DNA from: Cladosporium halotolerans
Taxonomy: Eukaryota
Direction: 5' to 3'
Assembly (NCBI RefSeq): GCF_011745625.1
Contig: NW_027191452.1
Location: 1,178,001 to 1,242,000, forward strand
DNA: 64,000 nucleotides
Shown: piece after piece, positions 12,805 to 23,920 of the stretch
Position numbering within the stretch: position 1 is the stretch's first letter
How the letters are laid out: each line of letters begins with the position of its first letter
Notes under the pieces: model-generated
Databases searched by the model: none
What the model was told of the DNA's origin: nothing
What the model saw: only the letters and a program-made list of their open reading frames with translations
Made by a program: the position numbers and the translations under genes

Positions 12805-13758
12805 TCAACAACACCTTCCTCGGCTCTTTGGCCGGCCGAGCTTGAACACATCGGCCCAGTCGCCGCCTCCGCCTCCTACACCGCCTTGTCTTCTTCGCTT
12901 GCGCACTGAGCCGTACCCTTCGGACGTCAGGCCGGATCTGATGCTCGACCCGTCGTCGTAGCGATAGTAGTCTGCGTCGCCGTACTGGATGCCTGATCTA
13001 GGGTCATCCGGGTCTATTTCTCCTAGCTCGATCTTCGTCAAGATGGTGCTGGCGAGCTTGTGAAAGACCTCGTCCACGCCTTCACCCGTCAGGGCGCTGA
13101 CTTCCAAGCAGGCAGGTATCCTATTCTGAGACGCCCAATCTGACGCTGTCGAGGCGGGCACTGCTCGACCGGCCTCAGACACGGTGGCACGTTGCTGGGA
13201 CCCCAAGCTGGGCATGAAGGTACTGGAAGCTGTCGAGTGCAGGCTGTTGGGCTCATCCAGTAGATTCGGCCGAACGCTCGCATCTGCCACATCGACTTTG
13301 TTTCCGGTGACCAGGACGGAGAGGTTTGGGCTTGCTAGAGCTCTGGCGTCGCCCAGGAAGGTAGGAAGCTCTTGGAACGATCTGTAGCTGCTGACATCGT
13401 AGACCAGGATAGCGCCGGCGGCGCCGCGGTAGTAGCTCCTGCTCACGCTCCTGAACCGTTCTGTGCCCGCAGTATCCCATAGCTGTAGCTTGATCCTCCT
13501 CCTTCGCACTTGTGTGCCGACCTTGACAATCTTGCTCGCGAACTCCACGCCTATCGTTTGGCTGGAGAGAACCCTCCACTCGTCCTTCACAAAGCGGTGT
13601 AGCAGACACGACTTTCCCGTGCCCGACGGTCCGAGCAAGATGATCTTCGCGAGGTAGTCGTACATGGAGCCCATCTCCTGGCCTTCATCGTGCCCGGATC
13701 CATCGTAGTCTGTGCCAGAGCGCGAGGAAGCCGTCGAGGCTCGCCGGTTCCGCGGCAT
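12805..13758 (-). CDS. ypt4: Rab4-family small GTPase (Ypt4-like), intronless
   Basis: GPSGTGKS, TIGVEFASK, WDTAGTERFRSVSRSYYRGAAGA, GNKVD, EVSAL; C-terminal CC prenylation motif; ATG in aaccATG context. Confidence 0.85.
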   Translation of the reverse strand: MPRNRRASTASSRSGTDYDGSGHDEGQEMGSMYDYLAKIILLGPSGTGKSCLLHRFVKDEWRVLSSQTIGVEFASKIVKVGTQVRRRRIKLQLWDTAGTERFRSVSRSYYRGAAGAILVYDVSSYRSFQELPTFLGDARALASPNLSVLVTGNKVDVADASVRPNLLDEPNSLHSTASSTFMPSLGSQQRATVSEAGRAVPASTASDWASQNRIPACLEVSALTGEGVDEVFHKLASTILTKIELGEIDPDDPRSGIQYGDADYYRYDDGSSIRSGLTSEGYGSVRKRRRQGGVGGGGGDWADVFKLGRPKSRGRCC

Positions 13759-14102
13759 GGTTGCGATGGTCGGCGGAGGATGGTTGCTGTTGCTGGGCGG
13801 GAAGGGGTTCGCGCCTAGTTCCGCCTTGCGAAGAAATACATGCTGGCTCTCAAGCCACAACAGTGGTCGTACACGCCGTCGTGGGACAAACCGCTAAGGT
13901 GACCGTGAGTGACAGGCAGGGCTCAACCCTCGGCCAGTGATACGCATCGGATCATGGCGCCGCCAGTGCCCGCGTGACATAATTTGGCGCCTGAGGCAGC
14001 AGCACGTGGAGATGGCGCCGAGGGCAAGCTTCAGCCGCCCGTGATGAGAGTGGACTTCTACGGTGGACAAGGACGAGCTGCCAACCATAAGGCTGGGCCA
14101 CC

Positions 14103-15968
14103 ATGCCTAAGAAGTACGACTGGACCGACAAACGAGACATCTGCTACAACGTTTACGTCGAGCAGGGGAAACTTTTGCGAGAACTGAAAGAATACCTCTG
14201 TGATGCGCTGGGAGTCGCTCATGAGGACCTTCCATCGTAGGTGTTCATAGGGCTTGCCACAGATGAATGATCCAAGCCAGCATTACGGACCGTTCTAGTG
14301 TATAGTATCTGATTGCCGAACAGAACCCAGACATTTCTCCGGCAGTTCAAACAATGGAACTTTCCACCACGCTTCAACAAGCTCCCAGCGGAGGAGGAAG
14401 CCAGGCTGGTTGAGCGCATCAAACAGCTCTGGGAGCTGAATTACAACAATGGCGAAATGACCGCATTTCTAAACAGTGAAGGCTGGAATCTCACGGAGCT
14501 CCGGCTTGCAACTCTGCGACGCAAACATAGACTCATTTTGAGGGCAGAGTCCAATTACGTCGACAAGGCGCCGCAGCAGGAGGCGACTAATCACGACAAT
14601 GCGGATAATCATCCTTCTGATAATTCACTTGCGCAGCAACACTTTAATTTTGCCGGCCTCCAAGGCCAGCAACAATCTTTGTTGGCCGGAGATCTGCCAT
14701 ACCAGACAGTGTCCGAGCCATACGGCGCAGCACCCTCAACCAGTCCATCGAGCCAGCGGAAACGCGCCCAGGATCTCCAACAGCAGAGCGATGAGCTTCT
14801 GCAGACGAACAAGCGACGCAGACGCATTCGTGGCCTTGGCCCACTGCCCCCAGACGCACCCGGTATGCCGCCGAGATACAAATCCGAGACCTCATTGAAC
14901 GAGTGCAAAGCGTTTCTTTGGCTGGACAACGAGCGGTACCAGGCATTACGCAGACAGTACATGGAAATCTGCAACGAGATGGGCATTTCGAAAAAACGAC
15001 TCTGCGAGCCTGGGCAGTGGGAAGTGAGCAAAGACCGCCTCATCGCGGAGAACGCGCATCTCAATGCAATCATGCACGCTCCCAACCCGGAGCCTGAGAA
15101 GCTCAGCAATGCACTCGAAATCATCTGCGCGGATGTCACGAAGCGCATCCGGGTGATGAACACGCAGATCACCATGCAAGACGCGAACAACGGCCTGCGC
15201 CTCAACCCAACCCAGAGCAAGCAAATCCGGCATCTGTTCTACGAGATCTTGGAGAAAGACGATTACACGTCAAGGCTGGAGTTCGGCGACGAACGGTGGG
15301 AGCAGCTGATTCAGTTGTGGTTCTCCAAGTCTGAAATCTTGGCCCGCATAGAACGTGAGGGCATCGACGAACAGATCCAGAAGTATCTCAATGTTCTCAC
15401 ACGGGACGCAGTCAAACGTCTCACGGATAGCAAGGCCAAGAAAGACCCCGCCAGGCGCGCATGGACCGAAGGCACGTATGGACCGGGCCCCGGAGCCGCG
15501 ACTCGCACGCCTTCAGGGGCAGGCAAGACACCGAAGGCGCCGAGAAGGCCAGCCCAGCGAGGCCGGCAGAGCGCGGGCACAGCAGCCCTGGATCCGACAT
15601 TGAACATGTTCGCGTCGAACCCTCCGGCGCCGTCGCCTTTGCCGCTGCCCATCCAAGCGGAGTTTATCCTGGCCCCCGAGTCGCGGCTGGTGGGCTACCA
15701 TCCCAAAGTGTGGCCGAGCACGCTGGAGACATGCTCGATCGCGGGCGTGCACAAAGCAGGCAGCAACAAGACCGGCGCCGCGCGCATAGGCACTGTCGTG
15801 GGCATACTGAGAGGAGCCGCGGAGGAGAACGACGACCTGGCCGGCGGAAAAGAGACGCAGCGCTTGATTGGGACGCATGACGACCTTGTCGCGTATCTGC
15901 AAGCTGCGAAGGACTCGGCGGGTGGGAAAGTGGTCTTTCTGATTGAGTTGAGAGGGGGGTATGCTTAG
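14103..15968 (+). CDS. Clr5-domain protein; exon 1 14103-14236, intron 14237-14323
   Basis: Exon 1 MPKKYDWTDKRDICYNVYVEQGKLLRELKEYL...LPS splices in frame to TQTFLRQFKQWNF, the Clr5 HTH signature. A second Clr5-like repeat follows (IKQLWELNYNNGEMTAFLNSEGWNLTELRLATLRRKH). Confidence 0.8.
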
Positions 15969-16773
15969 GTAGATTTATGTATGCATTGCGGCCAGATTGC
16001 CTCCGGCAGACATGCAGATGTTCCTCTTCTCGCAGGAGTGTTTCCTTGTAGTAAAGAGGCGTCCAGGAACATCCCGCATAATGCTCTTGTTCCGTAGCAT
16101 CTACACGTGCATGTACACACTACATAGTACTTCAGGCAGCACACGGCCCTGCTGTTACCGAGATCCACTCGATCGCCGGGCAGCTGGTGGCACCGGCGCC
16201 CCCGCCGATCGCATGCCCGCAGAAGCCATCGGCCGGCCAATGGCAGCACACGCCTTGTGAGCCTGGGCTAGAGGCGCGCACGAGGGTCTGCGGTATGGCT
16301 TGCCAGCCGGCGGGAGATGGGCGCATGAGGCGCAGAGATTTAGTTGTTGGCCAGCGGAGGGCGAGGGCGGCAGCGTGGCAGAGAAGAGCGAACGCGGGCA
16401 GGATATTCCATCTTGCCTGCTGGCATGTGCGGCGGCGGGCATCGTCGCCTGCCCGCCCGCGTGCGGCCTGTGCACTTCTGGCCCTTCTGATCGCCGCAGC
16501 CAGCAGTGAGGCGGGACGTCGCCTGGCACCTCTCATCAGCCTGCGTCCGGCGCACACCTTGTCCTGCCTGTCGTCGTGGACGCCTCTCGTGTTGTCTGTA
16601 CACTCCGTCTGTTCGTCCGCACCCCATTGCCGCCTGCCCATCTTGCAGCGCAGCGTGTGCGCGCCGTGGTGCCGTGTGTTTCCTTGCCTCGCTCGTCCCC
16701 GACGCCGCGAAATGACGCCGCTTGAACTCTCTTCGCTCCGCCAGCCTGTCCCGCCCTTCTGCGCCAGGGCCTC

Positions 16774-19700
16774 ATGAATCAACCGGCGCACCGCAGCAGC
16801 GACGCCAGACACACCTCTTCCGCCTTCGCTCTTCACCACCAGCCTTCTCCCCAGTCTTGCGGCCCACCGTGCCCGTCCGCCGCCCTGCCGCACTCACCAC
16901 ACGCCCCATTGCACCGGCAAAGCGGTTCCGCACACCACGCGCCGGACGCGGTCCACTCCCACACACAGAACACTTCACTCGCGCCGCCCGCGGCCTCGAC
17001 ATGGGCTGCGCTCGCGCCTGACAACCACCTCGCCGCCTTGGATCCAGCGCAGAAGACCCAGTCGGCCAGCACCGCTCGCGCCTCGCGGAACCCCGTCGCA
17101 CTTCCACCCGCGCCTGCGTTGCTGCCGCCGCTCAACATCGACCCTCCACCCAAAAGACACAAGAAGCGCACTTCCGACGTGCGCACGCCAGACGCGGCCA
17201 CCGATCAACCACCGATCAAACGTCCGCGGGTAAAACCAGGACTCAAGTATAACCTCGACGATCTTGCATATCCCGGCGCCTTTGAAGGCGCCGCGCTACA
17301 ACCCCCCAGCCCGCTTTTCTTCAGCAACACACCCCGCCGCCAGCGACCGCCGCTACCCGCTCGCTTCTCGAGCTCCGAGGCTGCGGCGAGGATGCTGAGC
17401 AAGGCGCGCAACGAAGAGACGCACGTCAAGACAGTGAGCTTGGCTCGTGGTACGGTCACCACGCCTGGCCCATTCTTCCCCACCTCGGTACCACATGGCG
17501 GTCGTCGCAGTTTGGATAGGAGCTCGACTGGCAGAAGCGACAGCCCTGATTCTGCGCACCGCCTACCTGAAGAATCAAGCCCTCAATCAGGGCTCAATTT
17601 GCAATCCATCGGCATAATAGAGTTGTTGGAGCAGGACGAGAGACCGACATTCATCCTGGACCTCTCCGATACTTCCAATTACGGCCCCGGCCAGATCCAG
17701 CCTCTCTTTACGAATACCTCACTTCGATCCTACGAAGGATTATTCGACTCCGTCGCAGGCACCTCCAGAATCGAGGGAGCGTTGCACGCATCCTTTCTCC
17801 AATTCAAATCATGGCTCCTAAGTGCTGTTGTGAACGGCGAGAGCCTAAGCGTCTGCTTGCCGGCCGTGGCCTATGCTAATCTCACGTGGACGTGTTCCAC
17901 TCTGCGCAAGAGACTACGTATTGTAAGCGGTACTTTCATATCGCCCCCAAGCGCCCGGTCAGCGGCTTCGGCGTCCGTGCCTCGCGATTCTGCGAGCTCC
18001 TCGTCAGGTCCCGTGTCCGTTCCTATGACAGAAGCAGAACCTACCGACTACTTTGGTAGTGCCGCTCGAGCGCGCAGGATCTCCGGGTCGATTAGCCAAG
18101 CGCCTCAATCTGCGCCACCCGTACCGAGTATTGAGAGACGGACGCCAAATAACCTCACGCCAGCCGTTCCAGAGAATGAGCCCGATGTCAGTGAGCAGGC
18201 ACGACTCGACCCTCTAACCCCCTCAAAGTACGTTGTTCATGGAGGGGCGCCTCTGACACCTGCGGTCTCCACTCTGACGGATATTAATTGGTTCAATAGC
18301 CACCTAGCAATCGCCCCGTCATCAAGTCCAAGCTTTGACTGGACACGGATCCCGATTAGCGATGCTATGCCGGAGCACGTTAAATTTGCCCGATCTGTTG
18401 ATTGGGCCTCCACCGCCTTAGGTCCCATTGAAACTTGGAGCGCCGACCTTCGCCAGATGTGCAATTTGATCATAGCCAGTCCGCACCCAGCTGCTTTCTA
18501 TTGGGGCGAAGAACTCATCGCGATCTACAACGAGGCATACATTGAGCTCGCTGGACAAAAGCATCCCTCGCTCATGGGTCAGAGCTATCGTGTGGCATGG
18601 GCAGAGATCTGGGATAACGTTAAGGACGTTTTCGCGAACGCAAAATCCACTGGCGAGGCAACCATGAAGGACGACGACTGCCTGTTTATTAAGCGCAGCG
18701 ACTTCCTGGAAGAGACTTATTTTTCGTGGTCCATCATTCCCATGGTCGGCGGCGACGGCAGCGTGGTGGGCCTGTACAACCCGGCTTTCGAAAAGACCAG
18801 GCGCAAGATCGCCGAGCGTCGCATGCTCACTCTGCGCGAGATCGGCGAGCGCACTGCCTCCGCGAGAGACGTCAAAGGCTTCTGGGCGCAGGTCATGGGC
18901 GCTTTCAGCTACAACCAAGAAGACTCTCCCTTCATGCTGCTTTACTCCGTCTTCGACGAGCCCGACAGCGATACTAGTAGCTTGCATTCGAGCTCGACGC
19001 TCGCCGCGAAACCGTGCCATTTGGAAGGCTCCCTCGGCGTGCCTTCTGGCCATGCGTGCGCGCCCGAACAGCTGGAGCTCCGCAATGGCATGGAAGGCTT
19101 TGCGCCGGTGTTCCGCGAAGTCATGAACACAGACAAGCCTGCGTTGCTTGAGGTCGGATCTGGAGACCTGCCCGAGAGCCTTCTGCGCGGATTGGAATGG
19201 AGAGGGTTTGGTGACCCTTGCAAATCGGTCGTTGTCTGTCCGATCCACCCGACGACGGGCGAAGCCGTCCTTGGTTTCCTGGTTTTGGGGGTCAACCCGC
19301 GCAGGCCATACGATGACGACTACGCCCTCTTCATCCAGTTGCTCAGCAGGCAGCTGGCCACATCCCTTGCTTCGGTCGTGTTGTTCGAAGAGGAGATCAG
19401 GCGCGGCCAGAAGGCGGCCAAGCTCGCGGCGCTGGACCGCATCGAGCTTTCGGAGCAGCTGGCCGCCAGGACTCAGGAGGCGATTGAGAGCGAGACGAAG
19501 TTCACGCGCATGGCTGAATTCACGCCAGTGGGCATGTTCATCGCTAGCTCGGAGGGTAATATCACGTTCGCCAACGACTCCTGGTACGAGATCAGTAGGG
19601 TGCCGAAAGCGCAGGGCGCAGCTGATCGGTGGATCGACGCGGTCAAGGAAGAGGACCAGCAGCTCGTCGAAAAGAATTGGAAGACGCTGGTTGTCGACAC

Positions 19701-21333
19701 AAAGCCGGTAAGCTTCGAGTTCAGATTCAAAGCGCCCTGGCAGGACCGCAGGGGGGACAAGGGAGAGACCTGGGTTCTGTTCTCGAGCTATCCGGAGAAA
19801 GGCAGCGACGGCAAACTTAAGAGCGTTTTCGGCAGCATCACAAACATCTCCGAGCAGAAATGGGCGGAGGGAATACAGACCAGGAAGATGGAGGAGGCAG
19901 TTGAGCTGAAACGCCAGCAAGAGAACTTCATCGACATAACGAGTCATGAAATGCGCAACCCGCTCTCGGCGATCTTGCAGTGCAGTGACGAGATATCAAC
20001 CTCGCTCACGCAGTTCAAACAAAGCGGCAGCACTACGCTGCCAGATGACCTCATTGCGAATTGTCTGGACGCTGCGCAAACTATCAGTCTGTGCAGTCAG
20101 CATCAGAAGCGCATCGTCGATGACATCCTGACTCTCAGCAAGTTGGACTCTCAGCTCCTGCTGGTGACCCCTGTGGACGCGCAGCCTCTGACAGTCGTCC
20201 AGAGAGCTCTCAAGATGCATGAGGGCGAGCTTCAGGCGGCAGACATCCAGATGAAGTTCGTCGTGGATCAGACCTTCCGGGACCTGGAGCTGGATTGGGT
20301 TCGCTTTGATCCTAGCAGAGTGCTGCAGGTCTTGATTAACTTGACGACGAACGCCATCAAGTTCACCACAACCGAAAGCAGGCGCACCATCACGGTCACC
20401 ATCGGAGCGGCTAAGCAGCGCCCCAGTGAGATGCCCGGCGCGCCGGTCAACTACTTCCCCACCCGCAGCAAGAAGCACTCCCTGGACGACAAAGACTGGG
20501 GTGACGGCGAGCGTATCTACGTTCACTTTTCCGTCCAGGACACCGGTCGCGGTCTGAGCCCCGAGGAGAAGAAGATGCTCTTCATGCGCTTCAGCCAAGC
20601 CTCACCTCGCACGCACGTCCAGTACGGCGGCTCAGGACTGGGCCTCTTCATCAGCAGAGAGTTGACGGAACTCCAGGGCGGCGAGATCGGCGTGGAGTCC
20701 GAGGCCGGCAAGGGCAGCATCTTCGCCTTCTACGTCGCCGCCCGCCGCAGCACACCGCCGGCCGAGGACGGCGCCATCGGCCTCGCGAAGCTCGCCAAAG
20801 ACGCCAAAGTCAAGAAAGACATCGCCGTGCTCGCCAGCAAAGAAGTTACATCCGGCGAGCCCGCGCCCGAGCTCGCCCCCGCGCCCGCCCTGCCGCTGCA
20901 GCGCCGCGTGCTCATCGTCGAGGACAACCTCGTCAACCAGCGCGTGCTGCAGAAGCAGCTCAAGAACCTCGGCACCGAAGTCCACCTCGCCAACCACGGC
21001 GGCGAGGCCCTCGAGAAGCTGCGCCAGAGCACCTACTGCGCCTCCGGCGGCGCCCTGCAGCTCGGCGTCGTCCTCATGGACCAGGAGATGCCCGTCATGG
21101 ACGGCCTCACCTGCACCCGCCGCATCCGCGAGCTCGAGCGCGAGGGCGCCATCCGCTGCCACGTGCCCATCATCGCCGTCACGGCCAACGCGCGCCAGGG
21201 ACAAATCCAGACGGCGCTCGACGCGGGCATGGACGACGTCGTCAGCAAGCCGTTCCGCATCCCGGATCTGGTGCCGAAGATCGAGGAGTTGATGGTCAGG
21301 TACCCGATGCCTGAGGGGCCGATTGGAGGCTGA
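16774..21333 (+). CDS. Hybrid sensor histidine kinase/response regulator with PAS/GAF-like sensor region (group XI-like by inference), intronless, 1519 aa
   Basis: H-box ITSHEMRNPL, N-box LINLTTNAIKFT, G1 DTGRG, G2 YGGSGLGLFIS; receiver domain VLIVEDN...VLMDQEMP...VTAN...SKP; PAS/PAC-like segments; no obvious transmembrane helix. Confidence 0.93.
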   Translation: MNQPAHRSSDARHTSSAFALHHQPSPQSCGPPCPSAALPHSPHAPLHRQSGSAHHAPDAVHSHTQNTSLAPPAASTWAALAPDNHLAALDPAQKTQSASTARASRNPVALPPAPALLPPLNIDPPPKRHKKRTSDVRTPDAATDQPPIKRPRVKPGLKYNLDDLAYPGAFEGAALQPPSPLFFSNTPRRQRPPLPARFSSSEAAARMLSKARNEETHVKTVSLARGTVTTPGPFFPTSVPHGGRRSLDRSSTGRSDSPDSAHRLPEESSPQSGLNLQSIGIIELLEQDERPTFILDLSDTSNYGPGQIQPLFTNTSLRSYEGLFDSVAGTSRIEGALHASFLQFKSWLLSAVVNGESLSVCLPAVAYANLTWTCSTLRKRLRIVSGTFISPPSARSAASASVPRDSASSSSGPVSVPMTEAEPTDYFGSAARARRISGSISQAPQSAPPVPSIERRTPNNLTPAVPENEPDVSEQARLDPLTPSKYVVHGGAPLTPAVSTLTDINWFNSHLAIAPSSSPSFDWTRIPISDAMPEHVKFARSVDWASTALGPIETWSADLRQMCNLIIASPHPAAFYWGEELIAIYNEAYIELAGQKHPSLMGQSYRVAWAEIWDNVKDVFANAKSTGEATMKDDDCLFIKRSDFLEETYFSWSIIPMVGGDGSVVGLYNPAFEKTRRKIAERRMLTLREIGERTASARDVKGFWAQVMGAFSYNQEDSPFMLLYSVFDEPDSDTSSLHSSSTLAAKPCHLEGSLGVPSGHACAPEQLELRNGMEGFAPVFREVMNTDKPALLEVGSGDLPESLLRGLEWRGFGDPCKSVVVCPIHPTTGEAVLGFLVLGVNPRRPYDDDYALFIQLLSRQLATSLASVVLFEEEIRRGQKAAKLAALDRIELSEQLAARTQEAIESETKFTRMAEFTPVGMFIASSEGNITFANDSWYEISRVPKAQGAADRWIDAVKEEDQQLVEKNWKTLVVDTKPVSFEFRFKAPWQDRRGDKGETWVLFSSYPEKGSDGKLKSVFGSITNISEQKWAEGIQTRKMEEAVELKRQQENFIDITSHEMRNPLSAILQCSDEISTSLTQFKQSGSTTLPDDLIANCLDAAQTISLCSQHQKRIVDDILTLSKLDSQLLLVTPVDAQPLTVVQRALKMHEGELQAADIQMKFVVDQTFRDLELDWVRFDPSRVLQVLINLTTNAIKFTTTESRRTITVTIGAAKQRPSEMPGAPVNYFPTRSKKHSLDDKDWGDGERIYVHFSVQDTGRGLSPEEKKMLFMRFSQASPRTHVQYGGSGLGLFISRELTELQGGEIGVESEAGKGSIFAFYVAARRSTPPAEDGAIGLAKLAKDAKVKKDIAVLASKEVTSGEPAPELAPAPALPLQRRVLIVEDNLVNQRVLQKQLKNLGTEVHLANHGGEALEKLRQSTYCASGGALQLGVVLMDQEMPVMDGLTCTRRIRELEREGAIRCHVPIIAVTANARQGQIQTALDAGMDDVVSKPFRIPDLVPKIEELMVRYPMPEGPIGG

Positions 21334-22314
21334 GAGAGCGAGAGGCGAGTGGAGTCGATTCGACTCGACGGCACGAAAGGTACGTTGTTTTTTTCACTTG
21401 TTCTGAGCGTTTGCTTTTTTTTTTTTGTGGGGTTTCATCCTGCGGGTTTTGGCATGGCGCGGAGCGTGTCTTTTTGGGACAAAGGGCCGACTAGTTGGGA
21501 TAGATCGGGAGAGAGAACAACGACGACGACTCTGTTTTTGCATTTCTGAGCGAGCAACATGGGCACGGGTGGCGCAAACGGTGGCGGACCGGGGACAGCG
21601 CCGGCTCGGGGCACACGAATTGGACGAGGGGCATGTGGCGTTTTTTCATTTTTGTTATCTCTTTTTCCCTTCTTCTCGGGGTCGCTGGCCTACCGGTTGC
21701 AAGAAAGAGGAGATGTATGAAGGAGGGCATAGCGACTCCCGTCGTGGTTCTAGCAAGCGGGGGACATGGTTGCGCATCCTTTGCAGCTGGCGAATGCCGC
21801 TTTCTACAACTCAACCGCATTCTCGACGACCCCTCTCCGACTGTCTCCGCCTTACGGGTTCTTCTGGACGGCATGTCGCGGAGTCGCGCTCACGCGGGCT
21901 TTTCACAACTTTGCGGACTGGAGGGCGGGTTTCCTGTTTACGATACGAGCTGGTCAGGTGGTTGTTCATGATGGGGTCGGTGTGCACACGGCGGTGAAAA
22001 TCAAAATCAAAATCAAAGGTACGGTCAATAAGAGGACGAAGGCGAGGCGCGGCGAGAGAGCACGAGCGAGGAGGGAAACGGGCGCGCCGTAGTGCACACT
22101 CCAGTCAGGATTAAGGTAGTGAAATGACTCAGTGACTCAAAATCTTTTGATGGTCGTTTCCTTGTGTTTTTCCTCGCTGATCGTAACGGTCGTGGCACGA
22201 ATACCCCTTTCACTTTGGCTTCCCCAATTGCTTGACTTGCGTCCGTCTTAGATGTTCGCTCTCGTCCTCGCCCTCGCTGTCTCTGGCTATCCTACATTGG
22301 CTGAGGCGGGATAC

Positions 22315-23920
22315 TTACGACTTGTACACGTGGATGACGTGAGGGTTGCAGAAGGCCTTGAGGCCGTCGGTGCCCCATTCGCCGCCGATGCCGCTCTCCT
22401 GGTGATGGTGTTAGTATGTGCTGGGTCCATGACAGTTCATTTATGTGGGCTCTTACCTTGTGGCCACCGAAGATAGCCTGAGGAGTCGGCTTCTCGAAGG
22501 AGTTGACGAAGACAGAACCAGCCTCAAGGCGCTTAGCAATCTTCTCGGCGTGCGCGACGTCCTTGCCCCAGACGCAGGCGCCGAGGCCAGTGAGGGTGTT
22601 GTTGGCGCGCGCGATGACCTCCTCCTCGTCGGACCAGGGCTGCGTGGGCACGATGGGGCCGAAGGGCTCCTCGGAGATGATGCGGCTCGCGTTGGGAGGG
22701 TTGTCGATGATGGTCGGCTGGATGAAGAAGCCCTTGCCCGCGGCGACGGACTCGGCGCCCACGGCGAACTTGTACCCGTTCTTGCGCGTGTCGTCGAAGA
22801 ACTCCTTGACCTTCTCGTACTGCATCTGGTTCTGGATCGGGCCCAGCAGCGAGCCGGACTCCGGCGCGCCGACCTGGATCGTCTTGGTGAAGGCGACCAT
22901 CTCCGCCAGGAACTCGGCGTAGATGCTCTCGTGGATGTAGATGCGCTTCGTGGCGACGCAGACCTGGCCGGAGTTCTGGAAGGCGCCCATGACGACCTGC
23001 GGCGCGGTCTTCTTGATGTCGACGTCCGGCAGGATGATGGAGGCGTCGTTGCCGCCGAGCTCGAGAGTGACGCGCTTCAGCGTGCTGGCGCACGCGGCCA
23101 TGATCTTCTTGCCGGTGGCGATGGAGCCGGTGAAGGAGATCTTGGAGATGCCAGGGTGGGCGGTGAGCATTGGCCCGAGCTTGTCATCGCCGCCGACGGC
23201 CTGGACGACACCGGGCTCGTAAATCGACTGGGCGATCTCGACGGCCTTGAGGGTCGTGTAGGGGGTGAAAGGGCTGGGCTTGACGATGATGGTGTTGCCG
23301 GTCAGCAGAGCCGGGATGATTTTGCCCATGGAGAGGACAAGCGGGAAGTTCCTGATGCAAGTCAGATTTTGGTTTGCGTCGAAGATTTGTCAAATCCGAA
23401 AGCGAGGGTGTGTAATACGCACCAGGGGCAGATAGCACCGACGACACCAAGAGGGGTGAAACGGGTGGTCAGGATCTTCTCATCATCCTCGACACGCTCC
23501 TCAGGGAGATCGAGAGTCAGGTGGTGGCCAAAGAAAAGAGGGACGGCGTTGACCTCCCAGGAGGCGAATTGGCGCTGTCAATGGTCAGTTAATGCTCACA
23601 TCCTTTTGGGAAAAGAAGCAAAGTTGGCGCACAGGCTTGCCGGTCTCCTTGCAGAGAAGGGTGGTCATTTCCTCGGAGTGCTTGGACCAGGCCTCGCTGA
23701 ACTTCTGGAGGAGCTCCTTGCGCTTCTCAATAGGCGTGAACCTGTACTTCTCGAACGCCTTCTGGGCACTCTCGACGGCGTCGTCGACATCTTGCTGGGT
23801 CGCAATGGGGACGGGGTAGGACTGCTCGCCGGTGGACGGGTCTACACCGTAGTGCTTGTTCTGGGCATCGCGGGGCTTGCCATCGATGATGTTGGTGAAA
23901 GAGTCCCACTGAATAGACAT
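22315..23920 (-). CDS. NAD(P)-dependent aldehyde dehydrogenase, 4 exons (introns about 23576-23632, 23352-23422, 22399-22457)
   Basis: Spliced motifs KETGKP, PWNFP, FTGSIATG, LELGGND, catalytic GQVCVA, EEPFGP, FGGHKESGIG. Confidence 0.92.

Noticed and set aside
16132..16893. Several overlapping ORFs upstream of the histidine kinase
   Set aside because: GC-rich 5' regulatory region; the Arg/Ala/Pro-rich translations are typical of non-coding sequence
21996..22017. (AAAATC)3 repeat and nearby poly-T tracts
   Set aside because: Ordinary 3' UTR microsatellites; not an array
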